Shown here in pieces: positions 1 through 10,773 of a DNA stretch of 64,000 nucleotides. The notes under the pieces are model-generated. The model was not told the origin of the DNA. It did no database searches and was given only the letters and a program-made list of their open reading frames with translations. Numbering within the stretch: the first letter of the stretch is position 1; each line of letters starts with the position of its first letter. The stretch lies in contig OX337230.1 of the NCBI GenBank assembly GCA_946965045.2, positions 3,596,001 through 3,660,000 on the forward strand. Direction: 5' to 3'. Source of the stretch: Epithemia pelagica. Lineage: Eukaryota; Protista; Bacillariophyta. Position numbers and translations under genes: made by a program.

Positions 1-1630
1 ATTAACGATGCCGCCCCCTTCTTTTTGAGCCGCGTCAATGCCTTGCAAAATGTTGGTAGTCGACAAATTGTCATTGGAGAAACGGGATGGGCCGGAGATG
101 GCGTCAATGCCAATGCGAATCCAGCCAATGAACCCAGTATGCAAAAATGGTTGCGCGACTTTGTCTGTTTGGCGCAAGATCAAAATTGGGCCTATTATTG
201 GTTCATTGCCTACGATTCCGATTGGCAACGTTTCAATGCCAACGACCTGGACGATGTGGAAGGACATTTCGGACTCTTTACGCAAGATGGTACTCTCAAA
301 CCCTTTTTTCAAAATTTTGACATTAACTGCACGGAACCGGCCGTGGACTTGGTGGATCCGGCCACGGCCACCTTTGCCCCACAACAACCATCCCTCCCAT
401 CCTCCCTGCCTCCCAGCTCGACTCCGACACGTTCCGTGGCACCCTCCATGGCTCCTTCCAGAGTTCCCAGTTCCAGTCCGACAGTGTCACCACCCACTGA
501 TGCCACGCCAACTTCCCAGCATCCCAGCAATCCACCCAGTCAGACACCGTGGACGACATCTGTGGAACCCAGTTGGACGCCCTCTGCCTCTCCCAGTTCC
601 ACCCCGTCTCGTTCCATGACTCCCAGTGTCGGGGGACCCACAACAACGTCCCACCCGTCGACCGTTCCGTCCGGGGCACCCTCGGGGAGACCCACGGTCC
701 AGGAATCGTCCTTGGACGATAACAGCAGTGACGCACCCAGCAGCAGCGACATGCCTCCGTCCCTCCGTCCCAGCAGCCGTCCGTCCACCACCACCACGAC
801 CATAACGACGACGACGGAACCCGAAACCACCACTCTCACCACGGTCACGGCCATTCAAAATCTGGAATTGATGCTGCTGGGAGTGTCCAGTATGGATGTC
901 ACGGCGGTCGAGCAGTTTGTCAATACCACCAAGGAATGGTATCTCAGCATGTATCAAGCCCCAGGGTCGTCGACTCGTCGTCGTACCCGACGACGACTGG
1001 AAAACGCCACAACGTTTTTGGAATTTGATACCGACATTGTCGTGCGATCCCAAGATGTCACGGACGTGGGCAACCGGGTGACCTATGACCAAGTTGTGAG
1101 CTTTCGGGAAGAAGCCTCGACAACGACATCCAGCAGTGTACCGACGTCTCCGCGGGACCTTGTGCTGAATCCGTTTGACAATGCCACCCTTCGATCCAAC
1201 TATTACACTTTGTTACGAAATGCCGGTCCAACCTTTCAAACGGTCGCCGATTCGGGAACTGCTCCCGACGGGACCGCTGTCCCCTTGACCAATACGGAAA
1301 GTACCACGGACGATGGAGGAGGAAGCAAAAAGCTCGTGATTGTGGGTGTCCTCTGTGCCGTGGCCGGCGTCCTCATGATTGCCATTTTGTACCTGGTCCT
1401 CCGACGACGCGCGTCGTTGGGTCGAGGCAAGCATGTCTGGATTGGACACGACTCGTACGACAACAACAACGACAATGATGAATTGTATGGAGACGAAATT
1501 GTTGTAGAACCCCGAGAGCGACCCACTTCGGAATTTAGTTGGAGTCTGCCCCGGGAATCCGAAGTCAGTGACTTGCAAAATCCGTCTCTCTACGAGTATT
1601 CGCGAGAGGCCGAGTACAGCACATCGACCA
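1..1630 (+). CDS. Exon (5'-partial): C-terminal part of a GH17-like beta-1,3-glucanase, long Ser/Thr/Pro linker, extracellular domain and TM helix
   Basis: Frame is open from base 1. IVIGETGW, YYWFIAYD and EGHFGLF match the GH17 C-terminal motifs. PSxxPS mucin-like linker follows, then TM LVIVGVLCAVAGVLMIAILYLVL and RRR. Confidence 0.8.
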
Positions 1631-1758
1631 GTAAGTGACCATGCGCCGCGAAACACAGAACGAGAGAGGGTTCCCTCCATCTTGCTGTCATTTATATATG
1701 TGTAGGCTGGCCATGCCTGACAGTTTTCTCGTTATGATTGCGCTTGTTCTGTACACAG
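1631..1758 (+). other. Predicted 128-nt phase-1 spliceosomal intron
   Basis: GTAAGT donor at 1631, CTGAC branch-like site near 1717, and TACACAG acceptor ending 1758. Splicing joins A+TG in frame (..STM-DYDYPK..) and removes the TGA at 1636-1638. Confidence 0.75.
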
Positions 1759-2243
1759 TGGATTACGATTATCCCAAAGTGATTGCGGGCAACCAAACCG
1801 TCATTTCCACTACGGTCGGGACACGGGGCGAAAGCACGCAATCGCGTTCGCATCCCGAGGGATCGTCGGCCTCCCGAACTACTACCAAACAAGACTCGTA
1901 TACGGATCATAGTCCCCTGACCATGGGGTCGGATTTTATTTACGACAGTCCCTGGGCCCAACTGGGACCGCAGTATTTGGACGAACGCAACATTTATACG
2001 ATTGACGCCCCGCCGGGCAAGTTGGGTGTCGTGGTGGACACACCGGATGAAGGACCACCCGTGATTTTTGCCATTAAAGAGTCCTCTCCGCTGCAGGGCA
2101 AACTCCAGATTCGCGATCGCTTGTTGGCCGTCGACCATGTCGATGTCACGGCCTTGTCGGCTGTCAACACGTCTCGTATCATTAGTCAACGGTCGACCGC
2201 CACCGACCGGACCTTTACATTGTTGCGGGTTCCGCCCAAGTGA
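1759..2243 (+). CDS. Final exon: cytoplasmic tail with a C-terminal PDZ domain
   Basis: IDAPPGKLGVVVDTPDEGPPVIFAIKESSPLQGKLQIRDRLLAVDHVDV is a PDZ signature (GLGF-like loop, G-D-x-L-L-x-V-like segment). Stop at 2241-2243. Confidence 0.8.
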
Positions 2244-2623
2244 CGAAAGACAATAGAATCATGGGTGGGGCCGTGTCGTTTTGTACGGTTTGTTTGTGAC
2301 AAGTGGTGTTGACGTGTTCCTGTCTAACTGGGTTGTATGGATGCATAGGTCTTGAGGACTAGAGTAATGAGTTTTGGTATCCACAAGGGAAGCCTGATTT
2401 TCTCTTGTACGTACAGCAACAACCAGAACTCTTTCGAGATGCATGGATGGATCCAACATCTATTGATATATTCTCGTTAGGAGTAGTGTGTAGATACGAT
2501 TTGAAATTTTTGTGAGAGCAGTGTGTCCACCACGATGATCCACGTCATGCAACGTAACCCAATGAGTTTCGGAATTCCCTCCAATCACATGGAGCGACCG
2601 AATGTTCGCACTCAACATTCATC

Positions 2624-2640
2624 TGGTTTTCGGATTCGCC
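2624..2640 (+). repeat. Left target-site duplication (TGGTTTTCGGATTCGCC)
   Basis: Exact 17-bp direct repeat of 10774-10790; the two copies flank the non-LTR element. Confidence 0.92.
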
Positions 2641-2777
2641 GACAATTTCGTGGCAGTCGAAATTGAAAGTGACCTGCTTTCTGCCCCTTTAAGAATACTT
2701 TCTGCCGTCTCGTAACTTTAGTACCGAGTCTTACGCACCAGAAAGTGCGTAGAGGCTGTTCCGGAACGCCGACGACC

Positions 2778-4907
2778 ATGGCCGAACCGCCGCCAACCAC
2801 CGCTGCATCAACAAGAGACAATGATGCAACTATGACTGAGAACAACTCGAGTGTTCAGTTTCGCACAGCTGATGCGCCAAACGATAGCCGTGAACAAGGT
2901 TCCTCTACAGAGAATCAAAACACCTCCACCGAAGATGACGATGCAAGTGCAGCAACAGCGACGACTACTCACCAACCGATTGCTTACGAAGGAGACGAAG
3001 AAGAATACACCATCAAATTCGTGTTCCGTCCACAAGACGATCAAGCCAATAGTCAAGTGGCTAAGCATCACTACGCTATTTTACAGATCATTTCCAAAGT
3101 ATACCCCGAGGTGAAAATATACGACAACAGGGGAGCACACTTGCGGTCGAAGAGAATCGAATCTTTGAAGTCATACTCTGCTTATCTACGTCATTTTGAC
3201 CTACATTACTCAAAGGGTAACAAGAATAAAAACAGGACAGCGATCTATGTGGTGATCCACCGGTTTTTGTCGTGTATTCCAATTAGTGAGATCAGGAAAC
3301 ATTTCTCGGTACAGGAAAAACTGAAATCAGGTTCCGCAAAAATGACAAGGCATATGTGGAAAGAGGACGAGACCAGAATCTCTAACTTAGGATTCTTCGT
3401 TGGGTTCGACCCAAGCAACATTCTCCCCGAAGACATGCGCGAGATAGTAGAGAACAAGATTATCAGCCAAACGGGAGTTCGGAAGAAAAAGATACCAAAA
3501 TTTTGCTGCAATTATTCATCACCGATTCTTTATGAAAAAGAAACTGATGACAAATTTGTCACGAAAGCTTTCGATCTACAGTGTCGCCAAAGCGATGCGA
3601 AAGAGCTATTGCAACTCTTGCATGCAACCTACGTTGAAGACCCAGACTTTGTTTTTCACAAATCAAGACACACGCACAAGCAACTTTATATCAACGCGAT
3701 GATGGAACAAAACAGCTACTTACGCGATTGCCGTATTATCCCTATATCAGGCATCCATCCCACAATCATGTGGACACTCGGCGATAAACTATGTCAATTC
3801 GAAGGTGTAACGCGAGTCACCAAGCATAAAGATAGTGACCTCAAAGGACGCTTCAATGTTCACACAAGCGAAAGACACTTTGATACACTAAAAGCAAGAT
3901 TCCGACGCGAAATTGAATCAATGGTGCAATCGGAAAAGAACCTATGCAATTTGAATCCACCACCATACGAGGACGGAGGACCAAGAATAGCATTCAAGCG
4001 CAACGTCTATGGAGACGAGGAAGAAGAAGATTCAGCCAATACTTCTCATGCAGGGTCATACGCAACCTACATTACGGCAATGAACTCACGATACGCCAGG
4101 ACCACCGATGACACGGACGAAGGACCGTTGACAAGTCCACCAATTTCGACAGGACCTGTAACCCAAGCGTGGACAAGCAGTGTGCCAATCCAGACGGTAG
4201 TTGCATCAAAGACAGATTATTCTGTCAAGAGTCAAGTGAGCCAAGAAGAGTATGATCGTATGAAATCAGATCTTACGTCTAAGGTAGAAGAAGTAGAAGA
4301 CAGATTCCGAGCTTTTGTGGAAGAACAACGCCAGAAACAAGAACAAGAACGCGAAGCGCTAATGCAGACAATCATGACAGCAGTCCAACAACAACTAGCC
4401 ACCTCTTTCCAACAACAAATGCAAATGCCACCGGTTCAAGTTCCCTATTATCCAGCACACCAACAAATGCCGTCGACACAAGCTCATCATCAACAAACAG
4501 CACAAGCAATTCCACCTCATCATCCTGGAATGTACCATACCCCGCAACATCACATGATGCCACCACAACCAATGCCGCTGCAACAACAACAATACAATCC
4601 GCATCAACTGCATCAACAGAATCTCAATCAACCGACAACACCGATCCATCCCCAGCAGTTACTCCCGAGAGAAACTGAAGCTCCAACACAAGCAAACAGT
4701 CAGGAACACCAAATGAATGCAAATAACTACCGTCAACCAATTAACACTCCGATCAGGAACCCCAATGAAATGGGTCATAACTCAACAGACCCACAGCAGC
4801 CGGCTACGCCCAACATGGACGTGAGCATGGTCCAACCAAACTCGCCCTTGCAAGCGGACGGGTCGTTGGCCAACACAAGCATGTTTAGTCATGAGTCGAA
4901 ATCTTAA
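2778..4907 (+). CDS. Non-LTR ORF1 protein (coiled coil plus Q/P/H-rich C-terminus)
   Basis: First ATG at 2778, in frame with the 2745-4907 ORF. It lies directly upstream of ORF2 and overlaps it by 17 nt. Confidence 0.85.
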   Translation: MAEPPPTTAASTRDNDATMTENNSSVQFRTADAPNDSREQGSSTENQNTSTEDDDASAATATTTHQPIAYEGDEEEYTIKFVFRPQDDQANSQVAKHHYAILQIISKVYPEVKIYDNRGAHLRSKRIESLKSYSAYLRHFDLHYSKGNKNKNRTAIYVVIHRFLSCIPISEIRKHFSVQEKLKSGSAKMTRHMWKEDETRISNLGFFVGFDPSNILPEDMREIVENKIISQTGVRKKKIPKFCCNYSSPILYEKETDDKFVTKAFDLQCRQSDAKELLQLLHATYVEDPDFVFHKSRHTHKQLYINAMMEQNSYLRDCRIIPISGIHPTIMWTLGDKLCQFEGVTRVTKHKDSDLKGRFNVHTSERHFDTLKARFRREIESMVQSEKNLCNLNPPPYEDGGPRIAFKRNVYGDEEEEDSANTSHAGSYATYITAMNSRYARTTDDTDEGPLTSPPISTGPVTQAWTSSVPIQTVVASKTDYSVKSQVSQEEYDRMKSDLTSKVEEVEDRFRAFVEEQRQKQEQEREALMQTIMTAVQQQLATSFQQQMQMPPVQVPYYPAHQQMPSTQAHHQQTAQAIPPHHPGMYHTPQHHMMPPQPMPLQQQQYNPHQLHQQNLNQPTTPIHPQQLLPRETEAPTQANSQEHQMNANNYRQPINTPIRNPNEMGHNSTDPQQPATPNMDVSMVQPNSPLQADGSLANTSMFSHESKS

Positions 4908-7900
4908 CATCGTGGAGATTAACAACTACATAAACCACAATCAATACACCACAACTATTCAAGAACCCACACAACAGGAAGATTTTCCTGACCATTTTCT
5001 ACATGATCTACAAGAACAAGAAACGCCATCTTCACAAGAAACATTCAAGCACGACGAACCAATCGGAGTGCCATCTCGAGAAAAAGACAACAACACTTTC
5101 CGTGTATTCGGGAGCAATCCCAATGGATTGACACTAGGACACGATGGAGGGGACTTCGCTGAATTATGTCTAGAAATGAGCAATTCGGAAGTCGATTGCT
5201 GGTGTATTTATGAAACCAAGCTAGACACTACGCAACATACAGTGAGAAACAAGCTACATGACACGATTCGGAAACATACTGATCACTCACGGATTGTCTA
5301 CGGAAGTAGTACTATCTCTACAGCAAGAGGACGATCGTATAAACCAGGAGGAATATTACAGGCAACACAAGGACAGACAACAGGCCGCGTGGTGAAACAA
5401 GGACAAGACGCAATGGGACGATGGGCCTATCAAGTATTCTCATGCAGAGGACATAAGACGCTGACAGTCATAACAGCATACCAAGTCTGTCAACAAACGA
5501 TAGTTGACCAATCTACACAAAGACGGAGGTCCTTTACAGCTTCAGCACAACAAATCTCAATGCTACGGCAAATGGACCGGGCATGCACCCCGAGAGAAGC
5601 GTTTGTCTCAGACTTGAGCGTTTTCATACAGGAAAGAACAGCCTGCAACTCAGGCATCTTGCTAATTGGAGATTTCAACGAGGCTTTATCTGATTCATAT
5701 ACGGGAATGTCCAAGTTATGCTCTGATCATAATCTACAAGACCTAATGTGGCAAATGGTTGGTACGACTGAATTTGGAACGCAAGTTAAAGGAAGGGAAA
5801 GAATCGACTACGTTCTGTGTAGCGATTGGGTAGCGGCTGCGGCTCGCAATGGATACTACGAGGCCTTCGGGTACCGCCCAAAAGGAGATCACCGCAACAT
5901 TATGATCGATTTCGATACGGACAAACTGTTTGGAAATCGAACCCAACCTCTTGGACCAATCTCTAGCCGTGATTTCACGAGCCAAGATAAATCATCCAAC
6001 AGAAAGTACATACAAGCGAAACATCAATACTGTACGGATCACAATGTTGGACAAAGATTAGCCGCGCTGAAAGAACGATGGGACTCAGACGAAGCTGAAA
6101 AGCTAGATAGAGACTGGCAACGAGCAGGCGAATTTGCCGCAAAACAATGTTCGAAGAAGCCGAGATCAGTACCATATGTTGCTGAACTGGCTGAGTTGAG
6201 GAAACGCAAAAATTTGCTACTCAAACTAATTTCTGCCGCAAAACTACAGAAATCGTTCGACGCCGGGATAGCACACTTGACAAAGGATGGTCACCAAGGT
6301 GGATTTCCGTCTTCCTTAGCAGAATGTCAAACAGAATGTCGACTTACTCAACAAAAAATCAAGGCAATAACAAAAACAGCAATTTATAGACGACAGAATG
6401 AGTTACGGATCGCTTTACAGGAAGCGATTGATTGTGGTGATAAACAGAAATCTAAAGCCCTCAAGCACAGAATCTCTGCGGAACGCACAAAAGCTATGTA
6501 TGCAAAACTCCGTCAGTGTCGCGAGAACCCTAAAGCTGGCATCACTCGTCTAGACGTTCCCTCCGACAACACGACCACCGACTATAATTCCTGTTCCAGT
6601 TGGATCACAATCGATACACCAGCGGAAATTGAGGAAAGACTGCTACAACGCAATCGCAAACATTTTGGGCAGGCCGATAAGACTTTTCCCACGGTACCAC
6701 CATTCTCAGAATGGTGCGACTGGGGTGCATCAACACATACGGCAGAATTGATACTCGAGGGTGAATGGCAATCCGACGAATTAACTGCCATGCAACAAAG
6801 TTTGGTCAATCATATGAAGGCTCGAGTCGCCTTGGATACGATACCTGATACAATCAACACAGAAGAATGGATAAGCAAAATTCGGTCATGGCCTGAATCT
6901 ACAACAACGTCACCATCAGGCTTCCATCTTGGACATAGTAAAGCGCTGATTTCTAGCCACGATTTGGATACATTATCACCGGAAGGCGAATCGCTTGAAC
7001 AACAACGGTCAGATCTCATCGAATGGCAAGTGTCGCTGTTAAACTGTGCCCTGTCGAATCAATACTCCTTTAAGAGATGGCAACACATAGTGAATGTGAT
7101 GATTCTAAAGGAACCAGGAGACTTGAGAATCCACCGTTTGCGAGTTATACACTTATATGAACAAGACTACAACCTTGTTCTGGCCATAAAATGGCGGAAG
7201 ATGATTCAAGTATGTACCAATCAACAAGCTATACACCCCACCCAATTTGGAGGTGTTCCGGGACGTGATGCGATCATACCTACTCTCTGTGAAGAATTTC
7301 AATATGAGATCTCTCGTGCAAGCAAACGCCCGCTTGTACACCTAGATTATGATGCGACGGCATGCTACGACCGAATCGTACTCTCTTTCGGCAGTCTTGC
7401 GTCAAGAAGTTTTGGACAACACCGGTCCATTGTCTTTATTAACGCTCGTACACTTGAACAAGCCAAATATTATCTGAAGACACAACTGGGGGTATCAGAA
7501 CGCTACTACAAGCATTGTACTCTGTACCCAATTTATGGCACTGGTCAAGGGGCAGGAAACTCTCCGGCTATTTGGTGCGTGGTGTCCAGTATTCTCTTCG
7601 AAACCTATGAAGAAGGCGCCCACGGGGCGTCGTTCGAATCCCCCGATGGCTCAATCCGAACGAAAATATATATGATCGGGTTCGTAGATGATACTAGTGG
7701 CAGTGTAAACGATTTTCGTCGTCCCACTTCAGCTACTCCAGATCACTACATTAACAAGGCTCAACAAGACGCCCAACGATGGAATGATGTTCTTTGTCTT
7801 TCTGGTGGCGCATTGAATCCTCAGAAATGCTCCTACCATTTCATGTACTACGATTTCAACATTGATGGCCTCCCGCTACTTCAAGCTGGTTCTTTCGGTC

Positions 7901-10653
7901 CGACCATCACGATCTCCTTCAACGATGGCACCCAATCATCATCATTATCCCAACTCTCCGCCTTTAAAAGCCACAAGACATTAGGGGTTCAGAAATCACC
8001 CTACTCGACCAACAAAGGCTTATATCTTGCTCTCGCTAAACGCAACAATAGTCATACAAAGACGATGGCTCGCAGCCCCTTCAGCAGGACAGACGCATGG
8101 GCCTACTATCATGCTATATACTTGCCTAGTATGAGTTACCCTTTTCCGTCTTCGACGATCTCGGATTCTTTTTGCACAGCACTACAACGTCAATTCAAGA
8201 AAGCCTTTCTACCAAAATACGGCTTTAACCGAACCATGCCCAACGCTGTTGTGTATGGACCATCGGAACTCGGAGGCATCGGACTTCGCACATTATCGGT
8301 CGAGAGAGGCATTGCTCAAGTTTATCACTTTCTTGCTTGCATTCGGTCAGAGGGCGTGCAACATCAGCTAGCCAAAATTATGGTGTCTTGGGGTCAATTC
8401 CTCGCGGGCACAGGAGTTCCTATTTTAGAGGACGTTCATACATTGCTTCCACACATGGACCCAATGCAATGGCTACCTCAAATGCGATCCTTTTTGTCAA
8501 CAGTGGATTGCCGAGTGGAATTGGAACAGACATTCGTACCTGATTTACAAAGAGAACATGATGCCTATTTGATGGATTTGGCTCTTACATATACATCCTC
8601 ACCAACTGATCTAAAGCTGATTAACGCTTGTCGCATCTACCTTGGTGTGACTTTTGTCAGCGATGTGGCCACTCCAGAAGGATCTTCATTAACTCGAGCA
8701 GCTTATGATGGACGCATGGATGTCCTGACTCAACATCGAGGTCTAATTCCGTATCAACGCCGACCAGGGCCTAAATCATGGACTAAGTGGCGCAAATTCC
8801 TTACAAGTCTCCTTTGTTCGACACAACAGCGACGCCTGATTCAACCATTGGGGAAATGGTTTTTTGGGGGATCATCAACATTTCGCAATTGGCTCTCATA
8901 TCTAGATCGCCCCTCGTCTCGGCTCTTTGTCTCTGCCCCGAACGGTCAATGGCTCGAATACCGTTATCAAGGCATGGTATTTTTACCTACAACGATACTT
9001 CATTACTCGGTTCCGTCTACTGCAACCCCAGCACAAACGCTTACTACTGGTCCTGCCAAGATTCTTTCATCTAGCCATTACGTGATTCCCCGTCCGCTAC
9101 CACCAATTCCAAATACTCTCGCAGACCATTTACTACAATTGGCACCTTGGGAACGGTCCCTGTGTTCTCAGTGCACCTTATTGTGCTCGACTGAAGACTT
9201 TTCTGTTTTTCTACATTCTCCTTCACCTCTTCTGGTTAGCAGCGACGGTTCTGCTGGATCCTTTGTTGGTAAATTTGGATGTGTGTGTGCAACTGAGAAT
9301 GGTCAGCGGCTCTTTCGGATCAACGGTCCCGCGCCGGGTTACAAAACGTCTTCGTTTCGCGCGGAGAGTTACGCCTTCCTCGCAATTCTTCGATTCTTGA
9401 TACAATCTTGTCAATTCTTGAGCTGCTCTCTCCCATCAGCTCTCCAAATGTTCACCGATTCAGAGAGTCTGGTGAAGACAATTCAGAAACGGTTGGAATG
9501 GCTCGTCGAGTTCCCTTACTCCACGATGACTACGGACTGGGATCTTCAGCAATGCATCTCTCGGTCGTTGCGTAAGTTTGACCAGCTTCCTCATATTTGC
9601 CATGTCAGGGGACATCAGGACAAATATCAGGCCTATTCAACGCTGCCTTTACCGGCACAGCTTAATGTTGATGCAGATCATGCTGCAGCGGAGTTTGTGT
9701 ATACACAACAAGTATCTTCGTGCTTTGCACCCATTACAGAAGGCTGTCATGCTCTATTACATGGGGCTAACGGGACTATCACTTCTAATTTTCGCGCTAC
9801 TTTACGTCGGCTCGCTACTTTCGAGAATCTCCGTCAATATCATTGTACCAAGTATGACTGGTCAGAATCTGTTTTCGAGTCAGTGGATTGGCTAGCTCAT
9901 AGCCGTGCTATCAACTCTCATTTTTCCCGTCGTCACTTTCTGTTGAAATTTATCCATGATTGGCTTCCTTTGGGGTACCAGAAGTCTCGCTACGCTGATT
10001 TTTACTCTGATACTTGCCCCCTTTGTTCTACCACTCTCGAGACTCGGTCTCATTTTCTTCAATGTCCCAACCGGGACTGGTTTGGCAATTTGGCAGACGA
10101 CCTTCGGTCCAAATGGCATGACCTTGAGGTTGATCCTCTCATCCGAACCCTACTGATGGAATTTTTCCTTTCTTATATCTCACAAACCACTCCATCCTTC
10201 CCGACTGTACCACATGCTTATCATCACGCAATTCTCTCCCAATTGGCCATCGGACATGAACAAGTTTTTCTTGGACGCTTCTCTTCGCACTGGGCTAAGC
10301 TCCAGGATCAATACTTGCAATCTACTTCTCTCTCCCCCACATTTTTCTCTGGCACTCGGATCATTACCGCCACCATCAATACTATTTGGCTCCACGTTCT
10401 TGCTCTCTGGACTCGTCGTAATCACGATCTTCATGGAGACTCTCCTGAAACTATCGAGACTGCTGCGTATGCTCAGGCTAAGCGTGAGGTTGTCGCTTTA
10501 TATGCTCTCAAATCCCAAGTTCACCCCCACGATATCATTCTCTTCTATGACACACCCGAACTCCATTTCTCCATCGATACCACCTCACTCGCTCTTCGCA
10601 ACTGGCTCAACACATGGCGACCTGTTATACTTCGGTCTGCGTCTTCCTCGTGA
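4891..10653 (+). CDS. Non-LTR ORF2: apurinic-like endonuclease, reverse transcriptase, RNase H and C-terminal CCHC
   Basis: APE: IYETK, GDFNE, RIDYVL, GDHR. RT: DYDATACYDR, GTGQGAGNSP, GFVDD. RNase H: SSDGS, SFRAE, FTDSES, HVRGHQD, LNVDAD. Zinc motif: CPLC..ETRSHFLQC. Confidence 0.97.
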   Translation: MSRNLNIVEINNYINHNQYTTTIQEPTQQEDFPDHFLHDLQEQETPSSQETFKHDEPIGVPSREKDNNTFRVFGSNPNGLTLGHDGGDFAELCLEMSNSEVDCWCIYETKLDTTQHTVRNKLHDTIRKHTDHSRIVYGSSTISTARGRSYKPGGILQATQGQTTGRVVKQGQDAMGRWAYQVFSCRGHKTLTVITAYQVCQQTIVDQSTQRRRSFTASAQQISMLRQMDRACTPREAFVSDLSVFIQERTACNSGILLIGDFNEALSDSYTGMSKLCSDHNLQDLMWQMVGTTEFGTQVKGRERIDYVLCSDWVAAAARNGYYEAFGYRPKGDHRNIMIDFDTDKLFGNRTQPLGPISSRDFTSQDKSSNRKYIQAKHQYCTDHNVGQRLAALKERWDSDEAEKLDRDWQRAGEFAAKQCSKKPRSVPYVAELAELRKRKNLLLKLISAAKLQKSFDAGIAHLTKDGHQGGFPSSLAECQTECRLTQQKIKAITKTAIYRRQNELRIALQEAIDCGDKQKSKALKHRISAERTKAMYAKLRQCRENPKAGITRLDVPSDNTTTDYNSCSSWITIDTPAEIEERLLQRNRKHFGQADKTFPTVPPFSEWCDWGASTHTAELILEGEWQSDELTAMQQSLVNHMKARVALDTIPDTINTEEWISKIRSWPESTTTSPSGFHLGHSKALISSHDLDTLSPEGESLEQQRSDLIEWQVSLLNCALSNQYSFKRWQHIVNVMILKEPGDLRIHRLRVIHLYEQDYNLVLAIKWRKMIQVCTNQQAIHPTQFGGVPGRDAIIPTLCEEFQYEISRASKRPLVHLDYDATACYDRIVLSFGSLASRSFGQHRSIVFINARTLEQAKYYLKTQLGVSERYYKHCTLYPIYGTGQGAGNSPAIWCVVSSILFETYEEGAHGASFESPDGSIRTKIYMIGFVDDTSGSVNDFRRPTSATPDHYINKAQQDAQRWNDVLCLSGGALNPQKCSYHFMYYDFNIDGLPLLQAGSFGPTITISFNDGTQSSSLSQLSAFKSHKTLGVQKSPYSTNKGLYLALAKRNNSHTKTMARSPFSRTDAWAYYHAIYLPSMSYPFPSSTISDSFCTALQRQFKKAFLPKYGFNRTMPNAVVYGPSELGGIGLRTLSVERGIAQVYHFLACIRSEGVQHQLAKIMVSWGQFLAGTGVPILEDVHTLLPHMDPMQWLPQMRSFLSTVDCRVELEQTFVPDLQREHDAYLMDLALTYTSSPTDLKLINACRIYLGVTFVSDVATPEGSSLTRAAYDGRMDVLTQHRGLIPYQRRPGPKSWTKWRKFLTSLLCSTQQRRLIQPLGKWFFGGSSTFRNWLSYLDRPSSRLFVSAPNGQWLEYRYQGMVFLPTTILHYSVPSTATPAQTLTTGPAKILSSSHYVIPRPLPPIPNTLADHLLQLAPWERSLCSQCTLLCSTEDFSVFLHSPSPLLVSSDGSAGSFVGKFGCVCATENGQRLFRINGPAPGYKTSSFRAESYAFLAILRFLIQSCQFLSCSLPSALQMFTDSESLVKTIQKRLEWLVEFPYSTMTTDWDLQQCISRSLRKFDQLPHICHVRGHQDKYQAYSTLPLPAQLNVDADHAAAEFVYTQQVSSCFAPITEGCHALLHGANGTITSNFRATLRRLATFENLRQYHCTKYDWSESVFESVDWLAHSRAINSHFSRRHFLLKFIHDWLPLGYQKSRYADFYSDTCPLCSTTLETRSHFLQCPNRDWFGNLADDLRSKWHDLEVDPLIRTLLMEFFLSYISQTTPSFPTVPHAYHHAILSQLAIGHEQVFLGRFSSHWAKLQDQYLQSTSLSPTFFSGTRIITATINTIWLHVLALWTRRNHDLHGDSPETIETAAYAQAKREVVALYALKSQVHPHDIILFYDTPELHFSIDTTSLALRNWLNTWRPVILRSASSS

Positions 10654-10773
10654 TTTCTTACATTTTTCAGTACTGTTAGTCCTCGCCTAGACTCCTAGGC
10701 CAGGCGCGTCGGTCGACGGCACCCCAGCGGGTCCGCGCGGCAGCGTTAAAATAGACTGTACCTTTTTTTTTTT

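Larger units (their letters stand above)
2641..10773 (+). mobile_element. Full-length non-LTR retrotransposon (APE-RT-RNaseH; Ambal-like clade)
   Basis: Two uninterrupted ORFs, a 17-bp TSD and a 3' T-run at 10763-10774. The ORF2 architecture and RT motifs (YDATACYDR, GTGQG, FVDD) resemble diatom Ambal elements; the clade call is from recall only. Confidence 0.92.

Noticed and set aside
309-1680. Multiple minus-strand ORFs over the GH17 gene, and similar shadows over the hydrolases, nucleotidases and retroelements
   Set aside because: These are antisense or alternate-frame shadows of well-supported genes.
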